Shown here: one piece after another, positions 8,241-16,869 of the stretch | How the letters are laid out: each line of letters starts with the position of its first letter | Numbering within the stretch: the first letter of the stretch is position 1 | From: an archaeon | Lineage (GTDB): Archaea; Thermoproteota; Nitrososphaeria; Nitrososphaerales; Gagatemarchaeaceae | NCBI GenBank assembly: GCA_021819035.1 | Contig: JAKASL010000001.1 | Span: 1,013,524-1,037,523, forward strand | DNA length: 24,000 nt | Direction of reading: 5' to 3' | Notes under the pieces: model-generated | Told to the model about the DNA's origin: nothing | Databases searched by the model: none | The model's input: only the letters and a program-made list of their open reading frames with translations | Program-made: the position numbers and the translations under genes

Positions 8241-11200
8241 ATGGCCTCCCAGACCCCGGTCAAGACCTACGGCCTCGCCGCGAAGCTGGCCGAGCTGACA
8301 AGGCCGGCGAAGGAGGTGGAGGAGTCCCTGCTCGCGTCCGCTTCGTACGACGGCGACAAGAGGAAGGCCGTCCTGAAGTTCTACGACCAGAAGGCCGGGA
8401 GGTTCTGGCTCTGGGAGGACGACACAGGGCACCGCCCCTACTGCTACACCAAGCTCCCCATGGACGAGCTGAAGGCGGTGAGCGCTCGCAAGGACGTGCT
8501 TGAGATAGTCGAAGAGGAGAAGCTGGACCTGCTCACCGACTCGAAGACGAAGCTCAGGAAGATAGTCACCACGGACCCCCTGGCCATAGGCGGGGGGAAC
8601 GACAGCATCCGTGACCAGATCAAGGCCTGGGAGGCCGACATCAAGTACTACGAGAACTACGCCTACGACCTAGGCCTCCGCATGGGGACGTACTACAGGG
8701 TGGCCCAGGGGAAGGTGGTCCCTGTCAGGCACGCTGTCCCTGAGAGGGTGGCTAGGTCACTCGAGGAGATCATGGCGAAGGACCCGCCGGCCTTCACCCC
8801 GTTCCTGAAGGAGTGGGCGGAGCTCCTCGGCGAGCCTCTCTCAGAGTTCAAGAGGGTGGCCCTCGACATCGAGGTCAACAACGAGCCGGGGAGGCTCCCC
8901 GACGTCGAAAACCCGAGCCAGGAGGTCATAGCCGTGTCCTTCTTCAACGAGAACGAGAAGGTGGTCTACATGCTCAGGGGGGGGCGGAGCGAGGAGGGCG
9001 TCAGCGGAGCGCCCTACGACTATCAGCTCTTCGACAGGGAAGCGGACCTCCTCAGGGCGGTCCTCTCGAAGATGATGGACTACCCGGTGATAGTCACCTT
9101 CAACGGGGACGACTTCGACCTGAGGTACATCCAGCACAGGAGCGAGAGGCTGGGGATAGCCGAGGAGGAGGACCCAATCCAGCTGGAGAGGGTGGCGGCG
9201 TCGCTCAAGCACGGGATCCACATCGACCTCTACCAGTTCTTCCGGAACAGGTCGATCCAGGTCTATGCGTTCAGCAACAGGTACACCGACCACACGCTCG
9301 GAGGGGTGTCTGAGTCCCTGATCGGCAAGTCGAAGGTGGACTTCGAAGGAGAGGTCGGCGACCTCCCCCTGTTGAAGCTGGGGGAGTACTGCCTGAACGA
9401 CGCCCAGCTGACCTACGAGCTGACGTCCACGAGCGACTCCATCGTGATGAAGCTCCTCCTCATGATTTCGAGGATAGGCAAGATGCCCATGAACGACGTC
9501 TCGAGGCTCGGCATATCCAACTGGATCAGGAGCATGCTGTTCTACGAGCACAGGAGGATCGGCGCCCTCATCCCCAGGCAGGACGAGCTCGCTGAGAAGG
9601 GAGGGGCGTCTTCGAAGTCGATCATAAAGGGGAAGAAGTACAAGGGGGGCCTTGTAATCGACCCCAGACCAGGGGTGTACTTCGACGTCTCGGTCCTCGA
9701 CTTCGCCAGCCTGTACCCGTCCCTGATGAAGGTGCACAACCTCTCCTATGAGACAGTCAACTGCGCCCACCCTGAGTGCAGGTCCAACAAGATACCCGAC
9801 ACCGACTCGTGGGAGTGCACCAAGAGGAAGGGGATCACGAGCCTGGTGATAGGCTCGCTCAGGGACCTGAGGGTCGGGCACTACAAGCAGCTGGCGAAAG
9901 ACCCCACCCTGTCGAAGCAGGAAAGGGAGCTCTACGGGGTCGTGTCTCAGAGCCTCAAGGTCTACCTCAACGGCGCCTACGGCTCCTTCGGGTTCGAGTC
10001 GTTCGCTTTCTACTGCCTCCCGGTCGCCGAGGCCACCGCCGCCCTCGGCAGAGACGCCATCACGAGGACCATAGCCAAGTGCAAGGAGCTCGGGGTCGAC
10101 GTCCTCTACTCGGACACGGACAGCCTCTTCCTGCACAGCCCGTCCAAGGAGCAGGTGTCAACCATATCGGGGTGGGCCGACTCCGGCCTTGGGGTCGAGC
10201 TCGACCTCGACAAGGTCTACAGGTACGTCGCTTTCAGCAGCAGGAAGAAGAACTACTTCGGTGTCTTCCCAGACGGGACGGTCGACATCAAGGGACTGAC
10301 AGGCAAGAAGTCCGTGCACGGCAGCACCCCCATGCTCGCCCGCTATGACGAGAGAGTCCGGCTGGCCACAGTGGCTGAGGCGTACGAAGCTTTCAAGGCG
10401 GGGAAAGACGTCGAGGTAGTGACGGTGGTTGACGGGTTCAACACTGCATGGGTGCACATCTCAGATGCCATGAGGCACGAGGTGTCGGATGTCTTTGAAA
10501 TCAGAACGAGCAAAGGGAGGGAGCTGAGACTGTCGGGAGACCACAGCGTGTATCTCATGGACTCGCTTGGGCGACTGTTCCACAGAAGCACGAAAACGCT
10601 GAGACCAGGTGACGTGGTCGTCGGAGCCCAGTACGTGCCTCCGCGCGACCCTAGTCCACGCCTCCCTGTGTTGCACTACCTGACGAGCCCGCTCCTGTTC
10701 AGGGACGGACGTGCGTACTCGGCCAGGGCCCACGCGACTGTATCGACGCCTTTGCCCTGCAGCCTCCCGATGTCGAGGGAGCTGGCCACCATGCTCGGGC
10801 TGTACGTGTCTGAAGGGAGCGCCTCGGAGGACGACAGGTCCAGGAACGACTCAATCACCCAGAGTCGGCTGGCGAACCCGGAGGTGTGTGCTGAGATAGA
10901 ACGCTGCTGGGAGGTTCTGTTTCAGAGGCCAATCAAGACATTGCGCCGGCGGGGGGGAGTCAACACATACTACCTTCCTAGGCTCCACGCGGAGCTCTTC
11001 AGGGCTCTTTGCGGGGGGTCCAGCGAGGCAAAGCACGTCCCAGGGATAGTCTTCGACGCAGATGGGGGGTTCGTAGCGGCGTTCCTGAGGGCAGTCTTCT
11101 CGGGAGACGGATACGGCGATGGAAGGAGAGTGAACATCGCTTCGAGGAGCAAGGCGCTGCTCACGGAGGTCGCCTATCTTCTGGCACGTTTCGATATCGA

Positions 11201-12164
11201 TGTGAGGATAAGGGAGATTTCGGTGAAGGATACGAGGTACCATCAGTTGAGCGTGATGGGGGCATTCAGCCGGGAGCGCTTCTACCGGTACATCGGATTC
11301 ATGCAAGGCAGGTTCAAAGCTGAGGTGGGCACGGCCCCAAGGAACGAGGAGCTAATCCCTATCTCCACCGACGGGCTTCTGAATATCAAGTCACAGATGC
11401 TCCGACGGCGCGGCCTCAAGCGCAAGAGGGGCCTGAACCTGCACGATGCGCGCTACTACGACCTGTCTTTGCTGAACCGCTACAATTCTGTGCTTGGGCG
11501 ACTCCTTCAGATGGCCAACAGCGAAGAAAGAAAGGGCCTGATCAGAGTTGCGAGGATGCTCAATGTCAAAGACGTGACTTTCGACGAAGTCATTTCTGTA
11601 AGGAGGCTACGCGGTGGCGCGACTATGTTTGACTTCTCTGTTCCAACCTTCGAAAGGTTTGTGGCAGGCAATCTGCCCACCCTCCTGCACAACAGCCAGA
11701 CCCCTGAGTACCTGAAGAGGATCTTCTACGACACCCTGGGGATACTCAGCTCCGTCAAGGACCCCGACGACTTCGAGAGGGCTAGGACCAGCACCAGGGA
11801 GCTCCTCACCAGGATGGTGTCGGACCTCAAGGGGAAGAGGGTCCCGGTCGAGGACCTGGCGTTCACCGTCATGATGAGCAAGCCGACGGCCAAATACAAC
11901 GGCACGACCCCCCAGCACGTGAGGGCGGCCATGCAGCTCGAGAAGAAGGGGGAGGAGATCAAGGCCGGGGAGACGATCGCGTTCGTCAAGACCAAGAGCC
12001 CCCCCTACGTGAAGCCGGCGAAGCTGGCCAGGGCCGACGAGGTCGACGCTGACAAGTACATCGAGTACGCCCACTCGATGTTCGACCAGCTCCTTGACGC
12101 CCTTGACTTCTCCTTCGACGAGATCATGGGTGCCACCACCCTCGATTTGTTTTGGGGGGGGTAG
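8241..12164 (+). CDS. Family B DNA polymerase (archaeal PolB) interrupted in frame by an intein
   Basis: Exo motifs ALDIEV, VTFNGDDFDLRYIQHR, YCLNDAQLTYE; Pol motifs DFASLYPS (9699-9722), SLKVYLNGAYGSFG, YSDTDS (10107-10124); C-terminal extein resumes SQTPEYLKRIFYDTLG after the intein. Confidence 0.97.
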   Translation: MASQTPVKTYGLAAKLAELTRPAKEVEESLLASASYDGDKRKAVLKFYDQKAGRFWLWEDDTGHRPYCYTKLPMDELKAVSARKDVLEIVEEEKLDLLTDSKTKLRKIVTTDPLAIGGGNDSIRDQIKAWEADIKYYENYAYDLGLRMGTYYRVAQGKVVPVRHAVPERVARSLEEIMAKDPPAFTPFLKEWAELLGEPLSEFKRVALDIEVNNEPGRLPDVENPSQEVIAVSFFNENEKVVYMLRGGRSEEGVSGAPYDYQLFDREADLLRAVLSKMMDYPVIVTFNGDDFDLRYIQHRSERLGIAEEEDPIQLERVAASLKHGIHIDLYQFFRNRSIQVYAFSNRYTDHTLGGVSESLIGKSKVDFEGEVGDLPLLKLGEYCLNDAQLTYELTSTSDSIVMKLLLMISRIGKMPMNDVSRLGISNWIRSMLFYEHRRIGALIPRQDELAEKGGASSKSIIKGKKYKGGLVIDPRPGVYFDVSVLDFASLYPSLMKVHNLSYETVNCAHPECRSNKIPDTDSWECTKRKGITSLVIGSLRDLRVGHYKQLAKDPTLSKQERELYGVVSQSLKVYLNGAYGSFGFESFAFYCLPVAEATAALGRDAITRTIAKCKELGVDVLYSDTDSLFLHSPSKEQVSTISGWADSGLGVELDLDKVYRYVAFSSRKKNYFGVFPDGTVDIKGLTGKKSVHGSTPMLARYDERVRLATVAEAYEAFKAGKDVEVVTVVDGFNTAWVHISDAMRHEVSDVFEIRTSKGRELRLSGDHSVYLMDSLGRLFHRSTKTLRPGDVVVGAQYVPPRDPSPRLPVLHYLTSPLLFRDGRAYSARAHATVSTPLPCSLPMSRELATMLGLYVSEGSASEDDRSRNDSITQSRLANPEVCAEIERCWEVLFQRPIKTLRRRGGVNTYYLPRLHAELFRALCGGSSEAKHVPGIVFDADGGFVAAFLRAVFSGDGYGDGRRVNIASRSKALLTEVAYLLARFDIDVRIREISVKDTRYHQLSVMGAFSRERFYRYIGFMQGRFKAEVGTAPRNEELIPISTDGLLNIKSQMLRRRGLKRKRGLNLHDARYYDLSLLNRYNSVLGRLLQMANSEERKGLIRVARMLNVKDVTFDEVISVRRLRGGATMFDFSVPTFERFVAGNLPTLLHNSQTPEYLKRIFYDTLGILSSVKDPDDFERARTSTRELLTRMVSDLKGKRVPVEDLAFTVMMSKPTAKYNGTTPQHVRAAMQLEKKGEEIKAGETIAFVKTKSPPYVKPAKLARADEVDADKYIEYAHSMFDQLLDALDFSFDEIMGATTLDLFWGG
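10311..11693 (+). other. Intein (461 aa) with DOD/LAGLIDADG homing-endonuclease domain inside PolB
   Basis: Ser1 block A SVHGSTPMLARYDERV; block B ELRLSGDHSVYL; endonuclease motifs LGLYVSEGS and FLRAVFSGDGYG; block F MFDFSVPTFERFVAGN; block G TLLHN followed by Ser+1. Removal restores GLTGKK-SQTPEYLKR. Confidence 0.95.
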
Positions 12165-12233
12165 CTCCGGCGCAGAGGGCTCTGCCCGTGGGCGCGAGCG
12201 CTCGATTTGTATAGTGAGCGCAGGGTGGCTGAC

Positions 12234-13082
12234 ATGTTGGCGCGGGACAAGGTGAGGCTGGGGATGGTCCAGATGTCCATGGGGGAAGACCGGAGGGCCA
12301 ACCAGAGGAAGGCCGAGAGGTACATACGCGAGGCCGCGTCCCAGGGGGCCGACGTCGTCTGCCTCCCGGAGCTCTTCCTCTCGCGCTACTTCCCGACGAC
12401 CAGGGGGTCCTTCGAGAAGGCGGAGGAGATCCCGGGCCCGACGAGCAGGTGGCTTTCGGAGAGGGCGAAGGAGAGCAAGGTCATCCTGGTCGGGGGGAGC
12501 ATCTTCGAGAGGGACGGACGGCACAGGTACAACACATGCCTCGTGTTCGACGAGAATGGGAAGAGGGTCTCCAAGTACAGGAAGGTGCACATCCCCCAGG
12601 ACGAACACTACTACGAGCAGGACTACTTCAGGGCCGGGGACGGGTACTCGGTCGCCCGGACCGCCAAGGGGCGGCTGGGGACGCTGATCTGCTTCGACCA
12701 GTGGTACCCCGAGGCCGCGAGGGTCAACCGCATCATGGGGGCGGAGATCCTGTTCTACCCCACGGCCATCGGCTGGGTGGACGGGATAGAGATGGCCGAA
12801 GGGGACTGGAGGCTGGCCTGGGAGGAGGTCCAGGTCGGCCACGCAATAGCCAACAGCATGGTCGTCTGCACGGTGAACAGGGTAGGGAGGGAAGGGCCGA
12901 CGACATTCTGGGGGGGCTCATTCGTCTGCGACCAGTTCGGGAAGGTCCTCCTGCGGGGGGACGGCAGCGAGGGGGTGCTGACTGTGGACTGCGACCCCGG
13001 GCTGGGGGAGGAGATAGAGGCAGGGTGGGGGTTCTTCAGGAACAGGCGGAAGAGGACCTACTCGGCGATAGCGAGGCGATGA
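12234..13082 (+). CDS. aguB: N-carbamoylputrescine amidase (nitrilase superfamily)
   Basis: VVCLPELFLSRYFP (Glu), YRKVHIPQDEHYYEQDYFRAGD (Lys), LGTLICFDQWYPEAAR (Cys), HAIANSMVVCTVNRVG. ATG at 12234 is about 25 nt from ttgtatag (12207-12214); TTG at 12207 falls in the putative promoter. Confidence 0.88.
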   Translation: MLARDKVRLGMVQMSMGEDRRANQRKAERYIREAASQGADVVCLPELFLSRYFPTTRGSFEKAEEIPGPTSRWLSERAKESKVILVGGSIFERDGRHRYNTCLVFDENGKRVSKYRKVHIPQDEHYYEQDYFRAGDGYSVARTAKGRLGTLICFDQWYPEAARVNRIMGAEILFYPTAIGWVDGIEMAEGDWRLAWEEVQVGHAIANSMVVCTVNRVGREGPTTFWGGSFVCDQFGKVLLRGDGSEGVLTVDCDPGLGEEIEAGWGFFRNRRKRTYSAIARR

Positions 13083-14113
13083 CGGTGGGGGACACCCCGA
13101 GGTCCCTGGGGTACGTGATGCCCGCCGAGTGGGAGCGGCACGAGGCGACCTGGGTCTCCTGGCCGAAGGACCCCGGGACCTTCCCAGGCGGGATCCTCCC
13201 GAAGGTCGAGGGAGCGTATGCGAAGATGGTCGGAGCGCTCGCAGCAGGGGAGGAGGTGAGGATCCTGGTGGACGACGCGAAGTCCGAGGAGAGGGTCTCG
13301 GGGCTGGTCAGGGGGGCAGAGAGGGTGACGTTCCACCGCATCAGGACTGTCGACGTCTGGACAAGGGACTATCTGCCAACCTACATCCGGGGCCCCGACG
13401 TCGCCGTGGTGAAATGGAGGTTCAACGCCTGGGGGGGGAAGTACGAGGACCTCCTCCCAGACGACGAGTCAGGGGAGGCAGTAGCCGCGGCTTCGCGGCT
13501 GCGCACCTTCAGGCCCGGGGTCGTCCTCGAAGGCGGGTCCATCGACCCCGACGGGGGAGGGACGGTGCTCACCACCGAACAGTGCCTCCTCAACCCCAAC
13601 AGGAACCCCCGGCTGGGCAGGGAAGGGATAGAGAAGGTGCTGGCCGACTACGTCGGGGCAGAGTCGGTGGTCTGGCTGAAACGAGGGATCGAAGGGGACG
13701 ATACCGACGGGCACGTAGACGACATAGCCAGGTTCGTCGCCCCCCGCACCGTCGCGGCTGCGGTCGAAACCGACGCGTCCGACGGGAACCGCGCGGCCCT
13801 CGACGAGAACCTGAAGATCCTTCGCGCAGCCAGGGACGCCCGCGGGGGGCGCTTCCAGGTCGAGGAGGTCCCCATGCCCGCCCCCGTCGCCTCGGCCGAC
13901 GGCCGCCTCCCAGCCAGCCACCTCAACTTCTACATCGGCAACGCCGCCGTCCTCGTCCCCATCTTCGGCGGGGAGAGCGACAGGGCGGCGATAGGCGCCA
14001 TGCAGGCTCTCTTCCCTTCGCGGGAGGTAGTGGGGATCGACTGCCGGGCCTTGGTCCACGGGCTCGGGACCCTGCACTGCGTCACCCAGCAGGTCCCTTC
14101 CGCTCACCTGTGA
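13079..14113 (+). CDS. aguA: Agmatine deiminase family protein
   Basis: MPAEWERHEATWVSWP, VDVWTRDYLPTYI, EGGSIDPDGGGTVLTTEQCLLNPNRNP, DTDGHVDDIARFV, GTLHCVTQQVP (catalytic Cys). ATGA overlap with the upstream amidase. Confidence 0.88.
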   Translation: MTVGDTPRSLGYVMPAEWERHEATWVSWPKDPGTFPGGILPKVEGAYAKMVGALAAGEEVRILVDDAKSEERVSGLVRGAERVTFHRIRTVDVWTRDYLPTYIRGPDVAVVKWRFNAWGGKYEDLLPDDESGEAVAAASRLRTFRPGVVLEGGSIDPDGGGTVLTTEQCLLNPNRNPRLGREGIEKVLADYVGAESVVWLKRGIEGDDTDGHVDDIARFVAPRTVAAAVETDASDGNRAALDENLKILRAARDARGGRFQVEEVPMPAPVASADGRLPASHLNFYIGNAAVLVPIFGGESDRAAIGAMQALFPSREVVGIDCRALVHGLGTLHCVTQQVPSAHL

Positions 14114-15804
14114 GCGGCGGCCTCCTCCTTCAACCTCGCTGCGAAGTCCCCGACGCTCACCCCGAAGGTCTGCTCCCCGCCCCTCGTCCTGACGGCCACC
14201 GACCGCGAGGCCTCTTCCTTCTTCCCGACCACCAGCATGTAGGGTATCTTCTGGAGCTGGGCGTCCCTGATCTTCCCCCCCATGGTCCCGCTCCCGAAGT
14301 CTCCCTCCGCCCTCACCCCGGCTGACACCAGGGAAGAGAGCACGGCCGTCGCGTAGGGGAGGTGTTCGTCGGAGAGCGGGATGACCCTCGCCTGCACCGG
14401 GGAGAGCCAGACAGGGAGGGACCCCCTGTAATGCTCTAGGACCACCCCCATGAACCGCTCAAGGGAGCCCAGGATGGTCCTGTGCAGGACCACAGGGGTG
14501 TGCTCCTTGCCGTCAGACCCTGTGTAGCTGAGCTTGAACCTCTTCGGCATCTGGAAGTCCAGCTGGAAGGTCCCGCACTGCCACTCCCTCCCCAGGGAGT
14601 CTTTGACGTCTACGTCTATCTTGGGTGAGTAGAAGTTCCCCTCCTTCTCCTTGATCTCGTAGGGCCACCCCTTCGACTTCACCGCGCGGATGAGGGTCCC
14701 GGTCGCCCTCTCCCACTCGTCGTCCGTCCCCATCGAGTCGTCGGGCCTTGTGGATATCTTGACCTTGTACTGGAGGCCGAAGGTGCCGTAGACTCTCTCC
14801 ATCATCTCGAGCATCTTGGCCAGCTCTCCCTCCGCCTGCTCCTCCGTGGCTATGACGTGGGCGTCGTCCTGCGTGAGAGACTTGACCCTGAACAGGCCGC
14901 TGGACACCCCGCTCAGCTCGTTCCTGAATAGAGGGTCGAAGGCGGCGTACCTTACAGGGAGCTCACGAAAACTCCATTTCCTAGACCTGTAGATCAGGAA
15001 GTGCGAAGGGCAGTTCATCGGCTTGAGGCCCATCTCCTCGTCTCCCAGGGCGGTCAGGAACATGTTGTCCTTGTAATGCGCCGAGTGGCCGCTCACCTGC
15101 CAGAGGGCGGTGTTGGCCAGGGTGGGGGTGCTGACCTCCTGGTACCCTCCTTTGATGAGCTCGGCCCTCAGGAAGTCTACCAGCAGGTTCCTGAGCACCA
15201 GCCCCTTCGCGTGCAGGTAGACCATCCCCGGCGAGACCTCCTGGAAGCTGAACAGGTCGAGGCGCTCGCCTATGGTCCTATGGTCCCCTTCAGGGAGGCC
15301 GACGAAGTCGCTCCTCCTCAGCCTCCCCATGGCCTCGGCGTCCGTCAGCTCTCGCTTCGGCGTGCCCTTGGCCTGGGGACGGGCTGGAGCGGCGCCCCCT
15401 CCGTAGCTCCTGGACATCTCGGCGAGCGGGTGCCCCTTGACCTTGATCTGCAGCGCCTTGGTCCACCCGAACGGGGCCCTCCGCACCTCCAGCCCGGCGC
15501 CGGCCGCGTCCTTCTCCATCGTGAGGAGGAGCTGCAGCGCCTCTCCGGGGGGGGCCAGGTTCTGGCTCAGGTGGGCGAACGGGTAGATCATCACCCTAGT
15601 AGTCCCTAGCCTTGCCAGGAACTCCTTCGCCTCCGTCACCGCCTGCTTCACCAAGGCGGCGTCGTCTCCGGCCTCGAAGGCGGTGAAGAGCACGACGATG
15701 CCCTCTTCTCTGACTGTCCTCGGGTCCGCCTCCTCGGCCGCGCGTATCTCTTTCTTGATCGGAGTGTACTCTATGAAGTCGGCGTGCATCTGCAGTATCT
15801 TCAT
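14104..15804 (-). CDS. thrS: Threonyl-tRNA synthetase, archaeal type
   Basis: Archaeal N-terminal editing-like domain MKILQMHADFIEYTPIKKEIRAAEE; class II motifs MKPMNCPSHFLIYRS, FRVKSLTQDDAHVI, PVVLHRTILGSLERFMGVVLEHY. The track ORF to 15933 is over-extended. Confidence 0.95.
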   Translation of the reverse strand: MKILQMHADFIEYTPIKKEIRAAEEADPRTVREEGIVVLFTAFEAGDDAALVKQAVTEAKEFLARLGTTRVMIYPFAHLSQNLAPPGEALQLLLTMEKDAAGAGLEVRRAPFGWTKALQIKVKGHPLAEMSRSYGGGAAPARPQAKGTPKRELTDAEAMGRLRRSDFVGLPEGDHRTIGERLDLFSFQEVSPGMVYLHAKGLVLRNLLVDFLRAELIKGGYQEVSTPTLANTALWQVSGHSAHYKDNMFLTALGDEEMGLKPMNCPSHFLIYRSRKWSFRELPVRYAAFDPLFRNELSGVSSGLFRVKSLTQDDAHVIATEEQAEGELAKMLEMMERVYGTFGLQYKVKISTRPDDSMGTDDEWERATGTLIRAVKSKGWPYEIKEKEGNFYSPKIDVDVKDSLGREWQCGTFQLDFQMPKRFKLSYTGSDGKEHTPVVLHRTILGSLERFMGVVLEHYRGSLPVWLSPVQARVIPLSDEHLPYATAVLSSLVSAGVRAEGDFGSGTMGGKIRDAQLQKIPYMLVVGKKEEASRSVAVRTRGGEQTFGVSVGDFAARLKEEAAAHR

Positions 15805-15811
15805 GGCAGGT

Positions 15812-16015
15812 CTACCAGCGCGACCTCTCCAGGGTCCTCGACTTCTTCGTCGCCTTCTTCCACTGCTTGTAGTGGTCCCGACAGAGGTACACCCTCCGCC
15901 CCTCCCCCCCGACCGACAGCCCGCTCCCTCCAATCTCCTCCCTGCTGAGAGAGCGTTCTGCCTGGTTCCTGCACCCCGCCACCCCGCACCCTACCCCTTT
16001 GTCTATCTTCCCCAA
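15812..16015 (-). CDS. Small Cys/His-rich (probable zinc-binding) archaeal protein
   Basis: MGKIDKGVGCGVAGCRNQAERSLSREEI...RRVYLCRDHYKQWKKATKKSR. TTG start at 16015, about 30 nt from TATATATA, directly upstream of thrS. Confidence 0.75.
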   Translation of the reverse strand: MGKIDKGVGCGVAGCRNQAERSLSREEIGGSGLSVGGEGRRVYLCRDHYKQWKKATKKSRTLERSRW

Positions 16016-16040
16016 GGCTAACGACTCCGCCTCCCTTTGG

Positions 16041-16048
16041 TATATATA
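16041..16048. promoter_or_regulatory. Palindromic TATA box between divergent genes
   Basis: Exact TATATATA, about 27 nt from the GTG start at 16072 (+) and about 30 nt from the TTG start at 16015 (-). Confidence 0.75.
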
Positions 16049-16071
16049 GAAAACTAGGAGACCGCCGAGCC

Positions 16072-16674
16072 GTGCTGGATAGGCTGCGCGGGAGGCTCGA
16101 GTCGTCCCTGAGGTCCGTCGGGACCGTCTTCGCGAGAGTGGAGGGGTCCCCTACCGCGTGGACCACCGTGGGACTCGTACTTTCAGTCCTCGCCGCCGCA
16201 TCATACTCCACCGGGAGGTACCCCGGGGAGCTGCTCGGCGGTGTGCTGATACTCGTGGGTGGCTGGTTCGACGTCGTGGACGGCGCGGTCGCCCGGGTGA
16301 CAGGCAGGGTCTCGAAGAGGGGGGCGTTCCTCGACTCGACCATGGACAGGGTGGCCGAGGTTGCGCTCTTCACGGGGATACTGCTGGGGAAGTTCGCCGA
16401 CCCGGCTACGGTCCTCCTTGCCCTTTCGCTCAGCCTCCTCGTCAGCTACACGAGGGCCAAGGGTGACGCCCTCGGTGTCAGGCTCGCCGGGGTAGGGATA
16501 GGTGAGAGGAGCGAGAGGCTGCTGATAGTGGCCGTCTCCTCGCTGGCCGGGCTCCTCGGCTGGGGGCTCCTCCTTGTGATAGGGGTCGCCGGCTTCACTT
16601 TCGTAGAGCGGACCTACACGGCGGCCAAGGGACTGGGGGCCGAGAGGTCGGATGCGGCGGCGACCCCTCCATAG
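16072..16674 (+). CDS. CDP-alcohol phosphatidyltransferase (archaeal phospholipid head-group synthase-like)
   Basis: Signature DVVDGAVARVTGRVSKRGAFLDSTMDR = D..DG..AR........G...D...D, plus hydrophobic helices. Confidence 0.88.
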   Translation: MLDRLRGRLESSLRSVGTVFARVEGSPTAWTTVGLVLSVLAAASYSTGRYPGELLGGVLILVGGWFDVVDGAVARVTGRVSKRGAFLDSTMDRVAEVALFTGILLGKFADPATVLLALSLSLLVSYTRAKGDALGVRLAGVGIGERSERLLIVAVSSLAGLLGWGLLLVIGVAGFTFVERTYTAAKGLGAERSDAAATPP

Positions 16675-16869
16675 CCACCCGTGCGCAGACGCGCGCCCCG
16701 TCCGGACATCGCCGCCCGGGGGAACCCAGTCAGACCAGCCGGGGGGTCAGGAAAGGACGCGGGCGTCCCGCCCCAAGCTCCTCCGGAGCACCCCGAAGAG
16801 GCCGAAGCGCACGCCTCGACCTCCCTGTAGGGTCACCGGGGTCCAAAGGGCACGAGGGCCGGGCGGCCC

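Noticed and set aside
8841-10136. 431-aa minus-strand ORF opposite polB
   Set aside because: Fully antisense to well-supported PolB exonuclease and palm sequence, with compositionally biased Val/Glu/Leu translation. Expected shadow ORF in GC-rich, high-GC3 DNA.
10311-11693. Free-standing homing endonuclease gene or transposon inserted in polB
   Set aside because: The insert is in frame with complete N- and C-terminal splicing blocks and Ser+1, so it is an intein and does not disrupt the gene.
13129-14325. 398-aa plus-strand ORF overlapping aguA
   Set aside because: Arg/Gly/Pro-rich, off-frame relative to the clear agmatine deiminase; shadow ORF.
15805-15933. N-terminal extension of the thrS ORF (MEGAGCRSGGRGGG...)
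   Set aside because: Overlaps the upstream Cys/His protein in another frame; conserved archaeal ThrRS proteins begin at MKILQMHAD.
15801-16373. 190-aa minus-strand ORF over the thrS upstream region and the CDP-alcohol transferase
   Set aside because: Overlaps the TATATATA element and two better-supported genes; low-complexity Ser/Thr/Gly/Pro translation.
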